From Dehalococcoidia bacterium (lineage in GTDB: Bacteria > Chloroflexota > Dehalococcoidia > SM23-28-2 > RBG-16-64-32): a stretch of 64,000 nt of DNA. The position numbers were made by a program, and so were the translations under genes. Location: contig JAUSFE010000104.1 in NCBI GenBank assembly GCA_030649945.1, positions 6,004 to 70,003 on the forward strand, in the 5' to 3' direction. The notes below the pieces were generated by a model. That model was not told where the DNA came from, made no database searches, and saw only the letters and a list, made by a program, of their open reading frames with translations. This document shows positions 29,001 to 38,389 of the stretch, in pieces (positions within the stretch are counted from its first letter, which is position 1; each line of letters opens with the position of its first letter).

Positions 29001-30948
29001 TTAAGTTGCCCTTAGCGTCGTAGCCAAATGCTGTCTTCTGACCGAGCGGATCTGTGACACAGGTCTTGCTGCTGTGACTGTCGTACTGGTATTGAGTGAC
29101 GCCTCCCAGCGGATCCTGCACGCGCGTGACACGGAAGAAGTTGTCGAACTTGTAGACGGTGTCGTAGCCGCGAGGATCCCGAAGGGTCGTTTGCCCGCCG
29201 GCCGGCGTCTGGTAGAAGAACTCCGTAATGGGTATTCCGTATAGAGCGACAGACGGATCGGTCCTTGCGAGAGTGCAATCGGGCTCCGCCGGTGGCGTCG
29301 AAGATGGCGCGCCGAACTGTTTATATATTCGGTTAGACGTGTCGTAGCAATTCTTTGCAATCAGACGGCTGTTCGCGTCGGTGATCTTGGTCAGGAGATG
29401 GTTGGACGGCGTGGCGTAGTCAAAAGTTGTGATGGCACCCCCGAGTGACGTCAATGTAAGCAGGTTGCCTGACCCGTCGTACGTTATTGCAACTGTTCGA
29501 GTGTTCGGAGATGGCAGGGTGTCAGTAATTGTCGAGAGGCGTCCGCCCGAATACGCGAACGTCAGTTTCCGGCGGTCGGGGTCTGTGCCAGGCTCTTGGA
29601 CGTACTGAAGCTTGCCAAGATCTGGACCGGATGTGAAGTACGCAAGGGTCAGAGTGTTCGAGTTCCGATCGACGATCTGCGTCAGTTTCCCGGCCGAGTC
29701 GAATGTGTAGGTCATTTGGACAGTGGAGACGAGCGTGTAGTTTCCGCCGGCGGAAGTCAGAACGTCAGCTATGTCCGGAGGGCCAAAGTAGGAACCTGAC
29801 GAATTGAGGTATCTGTCTTCTCGACCGTCGGCGTTTACCACGATCACATCCGAACCGTCGAACACCAGATGCATATCAAAGTTGTCCGTCCAACCGAAGC
29901 CCAATCGACCATCGATCGATGCCCGCGAGGAGTTGTAGGTTCGAGTGAAACCCAGTGGAGGCCCAACTGTCTGTATGTTGATGTCGGTGTTCTGGTGGGT
30001 GTAATTCCCGAAGGCGAGATTAACCGGATCAAGCGAGGTGGCTGATGCCCCAAACGACGGCGCGCCGTTGTGGTATTCCACGTAATTTGAGAGCTGGCAT
30101 GGGACCTCCCAGGCCACAATCCTTGAGGGAAAGCCAGTCTCGAATACGTTGGTCGACCACATTGCGCACAAGGGAGCAAACGTGACTCTATCGAAGTCTC
30201 CATCAGCATAGAGTCTGTTTACCGAGATGAGAGTGCCGGTGTATGAACCGTCGAGATCGTACTGCTGGAAGTGCCGAGCAGAAGGAGGGCTAAAGATAGC
30301 TGTGAACAACCAGAAGTCATCGCCGCTGGCGGCCACACTGGTGGCGCACGAACCAAAGACGTCCCCTTGATCAAGCACCTGCCCGGACTGCGAAATCTGA
30401 AAGACTGTCTTGCTGTTCTGGCTCATTGCGAAGAACGCTCCGGATGTCGGATCATAGGCAAGGCCAGCGGGTTGGAAGGTGAATCCTGTTGAGCAACTTG
30501 AAGAGGTTGTTCCTGTTAGGTCGACAGGGAACTTGAAGCTAAGAACTCCGGTGGCTCGATCGATGGTGTAGAAACGTTCCCCATCCGTATCTGGTGCTCT
30601 TCCCCAGAGTTCAGTGCCGTCCCAGGTCAGTGCGCGCAGTGTTATGGCAGGATTGGTTTGTACAGTGCCGATCAGGGATCCGTCTTGGGGGTTAATTCTA
30701 AAGAGTCTGGTGTCAGCGTCAGCCGTCCACCATAAGTCTGTCCCGTCGAAAGCAAGCCCTCGACCGGACTGGCTAGTGGTGGAGGGTGCTGCATAGTTCT
30801 TGAGGACTGATCCAGTCGCCGCTTCGGCAACCAGTCCGCGCCCAATCAGCAAGAGTCCAAAAACAAACACCAGGACAACGGGAGCGCGTATCCGCACGGG
30901 ACACCTCCAAAGTTGGCAGCCGGGGGAGATAGAAGAGGACGGGAACAT
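26062..30948 (-). CDS. RHS/YD-repeat polymorphic toxin (1628 aa) with signal peptide, embedded dockerin-like Ca-binding domain and Gly-rich hydrophobic C-terminal toxin domain
   Basis: Dozens of YD repeats (YDxxGN/RL), RHS core end DPxGL; dockerin DLNDDGRVGLNDVL/DFNNDNRINLTDIL at ~26878-27027; GC ~55%. Confidence 0.85.
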   Translation of the reverse strand: MFPSSSISPGCQLWRCPVRIRAPVVLVFVFGLLLIGRGLVAEAATGSVLKNYAAPSTTSQSGRGLAFDGTDLWWTADADTRLFRINPQDGSLIGTVQTNPAITLRALTWDGTELWGRAPDTDGERFYTIDRATGVLSFKFPVDLTGTTSSSCSTGFTFQPAGLAYDPTSGAFFAMSQNSKTVFQISQSGQVLDQGDVFGSCATSVAASGDDFWLFTAIFSPPSARHFQQYDLDGSYTGTLISVNRLYADGDFDRVTFAPLCAMWSTNVFETGFPSRIVAWEVPCQLSNYVEYHNGAPSFGASATSLDPVNLAFGNYTHQNTDINIQTVGPPLGFTRTYNSSRASIDGRLGFGWTDNFDMHLVFDGSDVIVVNADGREDRYLNSSGSYFGPPDIADVLTSAGGNYTLVSTVQMTYTFDSAGKLTQIVDRNSNTLTLAYFTSGPDLGKLQYVQEPGTDPDRRKLTFAYSGGRLSTITDTLPSPNTRTVAITYDGSGNLLTLTSLGGAITTFDYATPSNHLLTKITDANSRLIAKNCYDTSNRIYKQFGAPSSTPPAEPDCTLARTDPSVALYGIPITEFFYQTPAGGQTTLRDPRGYDTVYKFDNFFRVTRVQDPLGGVTQYQYDSHSSKTCVTDPLGQKTAFGYDAKGNLTQKVDALNTDANCALIQNGKVWTNTYNALNEILSETDPLNRYTQYIYDSSTTGNLTRTVRKDAQNGTVKALTCATFNSAGQPIASVESTDLIVPPGPTDPCTGNKTIFEYNDAYKNLTGVVNPRFSGSGSPKTTFTSDAAGRVTSKTDELGHTSSYVYDAQNNVTKVLNPLRQVAGVSAESGLQCGTSGTGNGVNDDPGDDTVADDGCPSTINTYDAKGNLKTVTDANGKTTQYNYDPGDHLVQVVDALNKSTTYAYDANGNRISITDANRQAFGTSEASIANACGSGTGNGVDNDSPLDGVIDDGCPSTLNVYDALNRLQSTTDALGRTTTYQPYDSASNLTQRTDALGRVTKYITYDKLNHLTQLEHWNAGATTRVDSVDYTYDDVGNRKSMVEKTYDSSANTLSTRETDYTYDALNRLSCTWAGPATPVCPSGSVSYQYDSTSGPGAPYPGQRTKINYPDGKIVSYTYNADGSMATVTDWLNKITSYSYYDDGTLLTTTYTGSVGSVSYQYDAARQVTDVTHNPGNFYTEDFIYNTDAAGYRTQMTRTGRAPETYQYDDLYHLKRVDYADSTFAQYSYDAVGNRTQQVSGGTTQYTYDAANQLTLAGSTPYTYDANGNLTARGNEAYVYDGENRLDRIRFNGFDPASTLPPPATSPCYDLNDDGRVGLNDVLMFIPVYNATGPNPPYNPFFDFNNDNRINLTDILQYIPQFNQTCPRYFKYNADGLRMSQKTGKFVTNYTWDVGSGLPLVLQEKRAQILQDDGTIFTTGSVVSPTPVTYVYGLGLISATDAAGNQRYYFPDGLGSTITTVNRATRQVVGQYEYDVFGNLRVGSATGEPFLFTGQQFDNKARDTQSGLYYLRNRWYDPTIGRFLTQDPLPGSALSPQSQNRYAYVQNNPVNRVDPTGLDSEGGGGCNVAKAVTGGLLVGLGLLIEVPGLIALFSPGTQFAGLVLLEVVGLPVLIGGVVVIADSGCVD

Positions 30949-30992
30949 GGTTGCGTGACGGACACCATGCCGTCAACTCTGGCCTGAACCCC

Positions 30993-31035
30993 AAAAAAAG
31001 AAAAACCGCCGGCCCAGACCCGATATGGGTCTGGT
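30993..31035 (-). terminator. Rho-independent terminator on the minus strand ending the TolB-like operon
   Basis: Hairpin CCAGACCC-ATATC-GGGTCTGG followed on the minus strand by a TTTTTCTTTTTTT run. Confidence 0.6.
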
Positions 31036-31217
31036 TCGGCGCTTCAAACCAGAGACAGTCGCAGCCGACATGGCCACACCCCCAATCTTCAGTTCGTCGT
31101 CATTGTAGTCAACTGTCAGGACTTGTCAAGAGGGCGGTCTGCCTCATAAGTTCGGTAACCCGCACTTTTGAGGCATCACGTGGCGATCCGCCCCGACGGG
31201 CGGGCGTCTGCCCGCGC

Positions 31218-32384
31218 TCACGGCTGCAGCGCCTCTGACTGGCCCGTGTCGTTCGTCTGCCGCACCAGTCCCGTGCCGTCCGCGTTCACGGTGTAGACGT
31301 CCCGCCGGCCGTCGTGGCCGTAGGAGAAGGCGAGGCGGGAGCCGTCCGGAGACCAGGCCGGCCAGGAGGTGAAGCCCTCGTCGCGCGTGATCCGGACCTG
31401 GCCCGTGCCGTCCGCGTTCGCCACGTAGACCTCCGTGTTGAAGTCCCGGTTGGAGATGAAGGCCAGGCGCGTCCCGTCCGGGGACCAGCTGGGCCAGATG
31501 TCCGCGCGCGGCGCCGACGTGACACGCGTGAGGAAGGAGAACTGCGTGTCCACGACGTAGACATCCGCACTGGCGTCCCGGTCGGAGACGAACGCCAGGC
31601 GGACGCCGTCCGGGGACCACGCGGGGTAGACATCGTCCAGCGGGCGCACGCTCAGGTTCACCTGCCGGGAGCCGTCCGCGTCCATAACGTAGATCTCGCC
31701 GTTACCGTCGCGGTTGGACTCGAAAGCGATGCGCGTGCCGTCCGGGGACCAGCTGGCGGAGAAGTCGTGGCCCGGCCCGCGGGTCAGCCGCTTGACGTTA
31801 CCGCCGTCGCCGTCCATCACGAAGAGGTCCAGGTCGCCGCCGCGCGCAGAGCCGAAGGCGATGCGTGTGCCGTCCGGCGACCAGGAGTAGGGGATATCGA
31901 TCCCCCGCTCGTGAGTCAGGCGGCGGACGTCGCTCCCGTCCGCGTTCATCGTGTAGACCTCGCCGTCGCCGTCCCTCTCGGAGTAGAAGGCGATGCGGGC
32001 GCCGTCCGGGGACCAGATGGGGAAGGCGTCGGGCCGGGGGTCGTCGGTGAGCCGCACCGGCCCAGAGCCACCCAGCAGCATCACGTAGATGTCCACGTTG
32101 TCGTCGCGGTCCCGGATGTTGAAGTTGCGGTCCGAGTAGAAGGCCAGGCGAGTGCCGTCCGGGGACCAGACGGGGGCGCTGTCCCAGCGCAGGCTCTGCG
32201 TCAGGGGGTAGGGCCGGCTGTTGCCGGTGTTCGGTATGCGGATCTCGTACTCGCCGTCGCGCCGCGGCAGGAAGATCAACCTCGTGGGCGCGCCTCCGGC
32301 GCCCCCGCAGCCCAGGACAGCGAGCAGGCCTGCCAAAGCCAGCAGGAGCAGGCCGGCGCGGACGGCCCGGAGCGCGGTGGTCAT
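31218..32384 (-). CDS. TolB-like WD40/PD40 beta-propeller lipoprotein
   Basis: Repeated WSPDGTRLAF.SDRDG..EIYVMDADGS units; signal/lipobox ...LAVLGCGG. Confidence 0.75.
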   Translation of the reverse strand: MTTALRAVRAGLLLLALAGLLAVLGCGGAGGAPTRLIFLPRRDGEYEIRIPNTGNSRPYPLTQSLRWDSAPVWSPDGTRLAFYSDRNFNIRDRDDNVDIYVMLLGGSGPVRLTDDPRPDAFPIWSPDGARIAFYSERDGDGEVYTMNADGSDVRRLTHERGIDIPYSWSPDGTRIAFGSARGGDLDLFVMDGDGGNVKRLTRGPGHDFSASWSPDGTRIAFESNRDGNGEIYVMDADGSRQVNLSVRPLDDVYPAWSPDGVRLAFVSDRDASADVYVVDTQFSFLTRVTSAPRADIWPSWSPDGTRLAFISNRDFNTEVYVANADGTGQVRITRDEGFTSWPAWSPDGSRLAFSYGHDGRRDVYTVNADGTGLVRQTNDTGQSEALQP

Positions 32385-34270
32385 CACCGCGGCCGCCATA
32401 CGGGGTCCGAATCCGCGGCCGGGTCGTTGGTGAGCCGCGTCAGGCCGGAGCCGTCGGGGTTGACGGCGTAGATCTCCTGGCTGCCGTCCCGGTCCGACAC
32501 AAACGCCAGCCGCGAGCCGTCTGACGACCACCGCGGCGTCGTCTCCCCGGCGGGGGACTGCGTCAGGTTCGTTAGCGCGCTGCCGTCCGCGTTGACCAGG
32601 TACACCTCGCTGTTCCCGTCGCGATCGGAGTTGAAGGCGATGCGCGCGCCGTCCGGCGACGAGGCCGGCGAGGAGTCCCTGCCGGGGCCGTCCGTGACCC
32701 GGACGAGGCCGGTGCCGTCCACGTTGATCAGGTACACGTCGCGGCTCCCGTCCCGCTCGGACTCGAAGGCCAGCCGCGCGCCGTCGGGAGACCAGACGGG
32801 GTCCTCGTCCGGGCCGGGGCTGTCCGTCAGCCGCCGGAGCCCGCCGCCGTCCGGCCGCATCACGTAGACGTCGCTGTCCCCGTCGCGCTCCGACGCGAAG
32901 GCGATGAGCGCGCCGTCGGGCGACCAGGCGGCCGCGTAGTCCCGTCCCCGCGATTCCGTCAGCCGCCTCACCTCCGTGCCGTCCGCCGTCATGACGTACA
33001 GCTCCGGGAAGCGGTCGCGCTCGGACTCGAAGACGATCTGCGCCCCGTCCGGCGACCAGCGGGGGTGGTTGTCCGGCACCCGGTTGCTGGTCAGCCGCAC
33101 CAGGTTAGAGCCGTCCGCGTCCATGACGTATATCTCGTCATTGCCGTCACGGTTGCTCTGGAAGGCCAGGCGGACGCCGTCGGGCGACCAGGCGGGAGAC
33201 TGGTCCACGGACGGCCTGTCTGTGAGGCGGGTCAGGGGGGAACCGTTGGCGTCCACGATCTCCACCGTCAGCCGCCCGCTCTGGTTGGAAGAGAAGGCGA
33301 TGCGCAGACCGTCCGGCGACCACGCCGGCGCGAACAACGCGGACGACTTGCGCGTGGCCAATTGCGCTGCCCCGGAGCCGTCCAGATTCATCTTGTAGAT
33401 ATCGCGGCGGCCGTCCCGGTCCGAGTAGAAGACGATGCGCGAGCCATCCGGCGACCAGTCCGGATCTCCGTCCGCAGACGGGTCGTTGGTTAGCTGTGTG
33501 AGCCCCGTGCCGTCCACGTTGATGGTGAAGATGTCAGTGTTGCCGGCGCGGTCGGAGGCGAAGGCGATGGTGGAGCCGTCCGGCGACCAGGCCGGCTCCA
33601 CATCCGCGGCCGGACTGTCTACAAGACGCACCGGGTCGGAGCCGTCTGCGTTCATGAGGTAGATGTCCAGGTTGCCGTCCCGGGTGGACTCGAAGGCGAT
33701 GCGCGAGCCGTCCGGCGACCAGTCCGGGAAGCTGTCCGCCGCGGCGTTGTCTGTGAGCCGGGTCTCGCCGGAGCCATCGGTGTTAGTCAGGTAGATATCG
33801 GTGTTGCCATCGCGCTCGGAGACGAAGGCGATGCGCTTCCCGTCCGGTGACCACGCCGGCAGGCTGTCCAGACCGGGGTTAGCGGTGAGACGGACCTGGC
33901 TGGAGCCATCCGAGTTCATGGTGTAGATGTCCGCGTCCCCCTCACGGGCGGAGCCAAAGGCGATGCGCGCGCCGTCCGGGGACCAACTGGCATAGCCGTT
34001 GGTAAAGCCGGTTCTGCCGGAGAGGCTCGTGACGCCGTAGCCGAACTCGCTCACGGTGTAGATCTGCGTTCGCACCTGCCCAGCGGACACGTAAGCCAGG
34101 AAGTCCGCCCCCGCGCGCGTGGGAGTGGGCTGCGGCGTGCCCGCCTGGATCGGCTCGCCGCTCTCTTCCCCGCAGGCCGCCGCCGTCAACGCAAGCACGA
34201 CGAGCAGCAGACACGCTGCGGCCGGGGCGGCGGCTCGTGAGGCGGGCCTGGTCAGGGACAGGGAAGACAA
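32384..34270 (-). CDS. TolB-like WD40/PD40 beta-propeller lipoprotein (628 aa, ~12 repeats)
   Basis: Same PD40 repeat units; lipoprotein signal ...LTAAACGEE; stop overlaps the downstream paralogue's start. Confidence 0.75.
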   Translation of the reverse strand: MSSLSLTRPASRAAAPAAACLLLVVLALTAAACGEESGEPIQAGTPQPTPTRAGADFLAYVSAGQVRTQIYTVSEFGYGVTSLSGRTGFTNGYASWSPDGARIAFGSAREGDADIYTMNSDGSSQVRLTANPGLDSLPAWSPDGKRIAFVSERDGNTDIYLTNTDGSGETRLTDNAAADSFPDWSPDGSRIAFESTRDGNLDIYLMNADGSDPVRLVDSPAADVEPAWSPDGSTIAFASDRAGNTDIFTINVDGTGLTQLTNDPSADGDPDWSPDGSRIVFYSDRDGRRDIYKMNLDGSGAAQLATRKSSALFAPAWSPDGLRIAFSSNQSGRLTVEIVDANGSPLTRLTDRPSVDQSPAWSPDGVRLAFQSNRDGNDEIYVMDADGSNLVRLTSNRVPDNHPRWSPDGAQIVFESERDRFPELYVMTADGTEVRRLTESRGRDYAAAWSPDGALIAFASERDGDSDVYVMRPDGGGLRRLTDSPGPDEDPVWSPDGARLAFESERDGSRDVYLINVDGTGLVRVTDGPGRDSSPASSPDGARIAFNSDRDGNSEVYLVNADGSALTNLTQSPAGETTPRWSSDGSRLAFVSDRDGSQEIYAVNPDGSGLTRLTNDPAADSDPVWRPR

Positions 34271-34389
34271 GAGTCGCTAGCGATTCTTAGTCCGGCGTAG
34301 TCTTCTGTCAACTTTCGTCCAAACGGCCCGCTTTCTCATTGCAGGCTAACTCGTTCGGGACGTAAACTACAATCCCACGGTACCTCTTC

Positions 34390-35517
34390 ATGCTACTGGT
34401 CGCCCGGAAGAACCTGTTCTCGGAGAGGACGCGGCTCGCCATCTCAGTCGGCGGCGTCGCCCTCTCCGTTTTCCTCATCGGCATCCTGCTCTCGCTCTTC
34501 CGCGGCTGGAGCCAGCAGGTGGGTAGCTTTGTGGAAGACGTCCCTGCTGACCTGTGGGTGACCAGCGACGGCACGACGGACTTCGTCACCGCCGCGTCTA
34601 TCGTGCCGGAGAGCCTGGCCACGCAACTCGCCTTCGTCCCGGAAATAAAGACGGTGAGCTCGCTCATAGTGCGGCCCATGGCGATGTACCGGGCAGGCGA
34701 CGATCCCAGGCACACGTTTGACGTCCAGTTCGTCGGCTACGACCCGGCGGTCGGCCTGGGGGGCCCGCTCCGCATCGTGGGCGGCAAGAGTCCGCCCGGC
34801 CCGGACGAGATCATCGTGGACAGGGAGATGAGCAGGCGCCACGGAGTGATGATAGGCGACAGCCTGGTGCGGGGCACCAAAGCCGTGACCGTGGTGGGCT
34901 ACTCCAGCGGCGGCGATTTTGTCTACACGCAGGTGGCGTTCGTCACCATCCCCACCGCCATCGATTTCCTGGACCTGGAGCCGAAGGACCAGCGCACGTT
35001 CTTGCTCCTCAAGCTGGAGAACCCGGCGAACCGGGAGAACGTGGCCCTGCGGCTGGAGCTCACCATCCCGGGCGTGCACGTGATGAGCGGCGAGGAGTTT
35101 GCCCAGGAGACCCGGGATCGCATCCTGGGCCAAATCCTGCCCATCCTCATCGTGGTGCTCATCGTCGCCTTCGTCGTGGGCCTGGCCGTCGCCGGGCTGA
35201 CGATTTACACTGCCACCGTCGAGAAGTCGCGAGAATATGGCATCCTGAAGGCGGAGGGGTTCACGAACTCGTTCCTGTACCGCGTCGTCTTTGAGCAGAG
35301 TTTGATTACGGGGTTGCTGGGGTTCCTGGTGGGCGCGGGCCTCACCGTGCTGGTAGCGCCCATCGCCCAGGACAACGTGCCGCAGTTCGTGGTCTTCATT
35401 CGCTGGCAGGACATCCTGGCGATAGCGGGCGTCACCCTCCTCATGGCCCTGATCGCGGCGTACATCCCCATCCGGCGCATGGCGAGCATTGACCCTGTCA
35501 CAGTCTTCAAAGGCTAG
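34390..35517 (+). CDS. ABC transporter permease, FtsX/MacB-like
   Basis: N-terminal TM, large extracytoplasmic domain, 3 C-terminal TM; FtsX-type topology. Confidence 0.7.
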   Translation: MLLVARKNLFSERTRLAISVGGVALSVFLIGILLSLFRGWSQQVGSFVEDVPADLWVTSDGTTDFVTAASIVPESLATQLAFVPEIKTVSSLIVRPMAMYRAGDDPRHTFDVQFVGYDPAVGLGGPLRIVGGKSPPGPDEIIVDREMSRRHGVMIGDSLVRGTKAVTVVGYSSGGDFVYTQVAFVTIPTAIDFLDLEPKDQRTFLLLKLENPANRENVALRLELTIPGVHVMSGEEFAQETRDRILGQILPILIVVLIVAFVVGLAVAGLTIYTATVEKSREYGILKAEGFTNSFLYRVVFEQSLITGLLGFLVGAGLTVLVAPIAQDNVPQFVVFIRWQDILAIAGVTLLMALIAAYIPIRRMASIDPVTVFKG

Positions 35518-36222
35518 GTGCCTTCGCGCGTGAGTGATTGCAGTCTGGTCCTGAACCTGGAGGGCGTCAGCAAGGTCTACCGCTCCGGCGAGTTCAGCGT
35601 GAGGGCCCTGGACAAGGTGAGTCTGCAGGCCCACGCCGGCGAGATGATCACCATCATGGGTCCGTCCGGCTCCGGTAAGACCACCTTGCTAACGATCGCC
35701 GGCGCCCTGCTCCGCCCAACCGAGGGACGCGTGAGCATCTGCGGCGTAGACGTCACGGAGATGGACCAGGGACGGCTAGCCGCCATTCGCCGCACCAAGG
35801 TGGGGTTCATCTATCAGAGCTTTAACCTGCTGGAGGCGCTCTCAGCCGTGGAGAACGTGCGGCTGGTCATCCACAACGGCTCGCGGGCCGGCGCCGCGCA
35901 GGCGATGGCCCGGGCCATGGACCTTCTGGAGGTCTTCGGGCTCAGCCACCGCATGCACTCGCTGCCGCGCAAGATGAGCGACGGCGAAAAGCAGCGCGTC
36001 GCCATCGCGCGGGCCCTGGCCAAGGACGCCGATCTCATCCTGGCGGACGAGCCGACCGCCAACCTGGACGCCAAGCGTGGGCAGGAGGTCATGGCCCTTC
36101 TGCGTGAGAAAGCGCTGGAGCTCAGGCGCGCCGTCATCGTCGTCTCGCACGATGAGCGCATCCGCCAGTTCGCCCAGCGCGTTGTCTGGCTGGAAGACGG
36201 CCGCCTGCGCGACCACCACTAG
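35518..36222 (+). CDS. ABC transporter ATP-binding protein (MacB/LolD-like)
   Basis: Walker A GPSGSGKTTLL, signature MSDGEKQRVAIARAL, Walker B LILADEPT. Confidence 0.85.
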   Translation: MPSRVSDCSLVLNLEGVSKVYRSGEFSVRALDKVSLQAHAGEMITIMGPSGSGKTTLLTIAGALLRPTEGRVSICGVDVTEMDQGRLAAIRRTKVGFIYQSFNLLEALSAVENVRLVIHNGSRAGAAQAMARAMDLLEVFGLSHRMHSLPRKMSDGEKQRVAIARALAKDADLILADEPTANLDAKRGQEVMALLREKALELRRAVIVVSHDERIRQFAQRVVWLEDGRLRDHH

Positions 36223-36263
36223 GCGCCCGCGCTCCCATCTCTGCACCGGCGGCCGCCCCCGTA

Positions 36264-36284
36264 GGACAGGCCTTCAGCCTGTCC
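36264..36284. repeat. 21-bp perfect palindrome GGACAGGCC-TTC-AGCCTGTCC (family A), intergenic
   Basis: Same arm consensus and TTCA centre as the copies in carA and carB. Confidence 0.65.
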
Positions 36285-36557
36285 CGACCCCCCGCGTGCC
36301 GAAGTCATGTCGGGCAAAACCCGTCGGGAAAGCCGGACAGACCCCGACAGACCGTAGCGGTGGGCCGCATTAACGTCGGTTTCGACGCCCGCGGACGGCG
36401 CTCCGGGAACGGAGTGACGGACGGAATAGCGAGCGGCAATTGCCTGGCAAGAGTCCCCTCGCCCTGCCCTCGCCTTCCCCTTAGTGTCTCTAACCAGATA
36501 CCCTAGATGGTGACGGCGAAAACTCATCCAGATTGGCATCAAAAGGAGAACGTACAT

Positions 36558-36989
36558 ATGACGAGCTCTCGCAAGCGGATCCCGGGTTTCCTCTTATTGC
36601 CCATCGCGGCCCTTTCAGCCGTGGCCGTTCTGGCCGCTGCCTGTGGCGGCGGCGACGAGGAGACGACCCCGCCCACGACGGCGGCCGCCGCCGCTGCATT
36701 CGACATCTCCCTGGGCGACAACTTCTTCGACCCCAAGACGTTTACGGTGAAGGCCGGCCAGGAAGTAAAGTTCACTATTAAGAACAACGGCGTGGCCATT
36801 CACAACATGCGCTTCGCCGGCGATGACAACACCTTCGACAACGCGGACGACGTTGTCTCCAAAGATGTGATCATCAAGGCAGGGCAGAGCTCGGAGCTGG
36901 AGATGAAGGCGCCGGCAAAGGCCGGCACGTATAACTTGAAATGCGACTTCCACCCCGTGGAGAGCACGGGCACGATCACCGTCAAGTAG
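36558..36989 (+). CDS. Cupredoxin-like lipoprotein (blue-copper fold)
   Basis: Lipoprotein signal ...LAAACGGG; ...IHNMRF...KCDFHP Cu-site residues; AAAGGAG RBS. Confidence 0.6.
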   Translation: MTSSRKRIPGFLLLPIAALSAVAVLAAACGGGDEETTPPTTAAAAAAFDISLGDNFFDPKTFTVKAGQEVKFTIKNNGVAIHNMRFAGDDNTFDNADDVVSKDVIIKAGQSSELEMKAPAKAGTYNLKCDFHPVESTGTITVK

Positions 36990-37054
36990 ACCCCAGAACG
37001 AACGCTCGGCGGCTTGGCGGGGCGCCCCGGCTCATGAACCGGGGCGCCCGCGCG

Positions 37055-38389
37055 TTAGCGTGTGCCGGCCGCCGGGGCGGGGCCCAGCAGGGTCCCGAGC
37101 GCGGCGGCGGTCCACCGGCCCGCGCACTGCAGCGCGAACCCCAAAAGGAAGGAGGGCACCGCCGCTCCCAGCCATGTGGCTTCATCGCCCAGCGGGAAGG
37201 GCAGCCCCAGGGCATCGCCAAAGGCCGCGTCCCCGGCGTCGCGCCACCAGCCGATGTCGGCCGGCGTTATCCACTGGTACAGGACGAAACCGCAGACCCA
37301 CGCCAGCCACGGCGCCCAACCGAAGGGCCTGCCGGCCCCGGCGCTCTCCAGCAGGCGGTCCGCGATCAGCACGCCGAAGAGCGGCACGAACGCCGAGCCC
37401 AGCAGCAGTACCGACGGCTCGAAGTCCAGGAAGTCGAACGGCACAGCCAGCGCGATCGTGATGGCGGCCACCCCAACGGCGATCTTGCGGCGGTCCAGGC
37501 GGACCAGCGACCCTGCCGCCAGCGACGCCGAGTAGCCGTTCGCGAAGACCTCGTCCAGTTGTAGCACCGCCAGCAGCACGAGGGCGCCGACACCCATCTT
37601 CATGCCCACCACGAATCCGGCCACGTCCCCGCTTTCCACCGCGGGCAGATAGATGATGCCCAGCACGCCCAGCCAGACAGTGCCCACGAACAGTCCGGCG
37701 AAGCTGCCGGCGGCGGCGCTGCCCGCGCTCTTGCCAAAGCGCGCGTAGTCGGCCACCAGCGGCAGCCAGAGGAGCGGCGCCACGAGCATTATGTCGACCG
37801 CCTGCCAGAAGGAAGGCCAGCCGCCTGCGGCCGGGCGCTTGAGATAGGCGGGGACCTCGAACTCCATGTAAGCGGAAAGAGCGATGACGGTCGCGATGAG
37901 CAGGACCAGCCAGACGCCGCCGCGCCGCAGCAGCCTGCGCACGACGAAGTCCCGCCCGGCCAGCAGCAACGCCAGCCCCAGGAGCCCGAAGGCGATCACC
38001 CAGAGTGGCCGCAGCCCGGCCCCCAGGGCGCGCTCGCTGACCAGCGCGGCGGCGCCCGCGATGAGCGAGAGCGCCAGCCCGCCGAAGACCACGTTCCTCA
38101 CCAGGAGCAGCGCCGCCAGCACCGGCGAGGCCCGCTCGCCGAACAGCCCCGCCAGCAGGCCGGCCGTCGAGAGGCCGCTGCGAGCGGCCAGGCTGGCCAC
38201 CGCGGCCACGAGCAGCGCGGCGATGAACGCGGCGGTCACGGTGGCCAGGACGGCGCGCTCGATGCTCAGCGCCGGTACCAGCAGCGAGCCGAACGGCATG
38301 AGGTACAGGCTCACGCCCAGCGTGGCCCAGAGCGCGAAGTGGTCAAGGAAGCGGAAGGTCCTCTCTGCCGGCGCCGTCTCGGCCGTCAC
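37055..38389 (-). CDS. 12-TM permease (possibly NCS1/purine-cytosine permease-like), translationally coupled to the upstream molybdoenzyme alpha gene
   Basis: ~12 hydrophobic segments; GTG start at 38389 forms a GTGA overlap with the alpha1 stop (38386-38388). Confidence 0.45.
   Translation of the reverse strand: MTAETAPAERTFRFLDHFALWATLGVSLYLMPFGSLLVPALSIERAVLATVTAAFIAALLVAAVASLAARSGLSTAGLLAGLFGERASPVLAALLLVRNVVFGGLALSLIAGAAALVSERALGAGLRPLWVIAFGLLGLALLLAGRDFVVRRLLRRGGVWLVLLIATVIALSAYMEFEVPAYLKRPAAGGWPSFWQAVDIMLVAPLLWLPLVADYARFGKSAGSAAAGSFAGLFVGTVWLGVLGIIYLPAVESGDVAGFVVGMKMGVGALVLLAVLQLDEVFANGYSASLAAGSLVRLDRRKIAVGVAAITIALAVPFDFLDFEPSVLLLGSAFVPLFGVLIADRLLESAGAGRPFGWAPWLAWVCGFVLYQWITPADIGWWRDAGDAAFGDALGLPFPLGDEATWLGAAVPSFLLGFALQCAGRWTAAALGTLLGPAPAAGTR

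Noticed and set aside
24000-31000. Looked for transposase/integrase or CRISPR arrays around the low-GC RHS and TA islets
   Set aside because: No transposase, integrase or CRISPR repeat-spacer structure is recognisable in any frame; the islets appear to lack their own mobility genes within this window.
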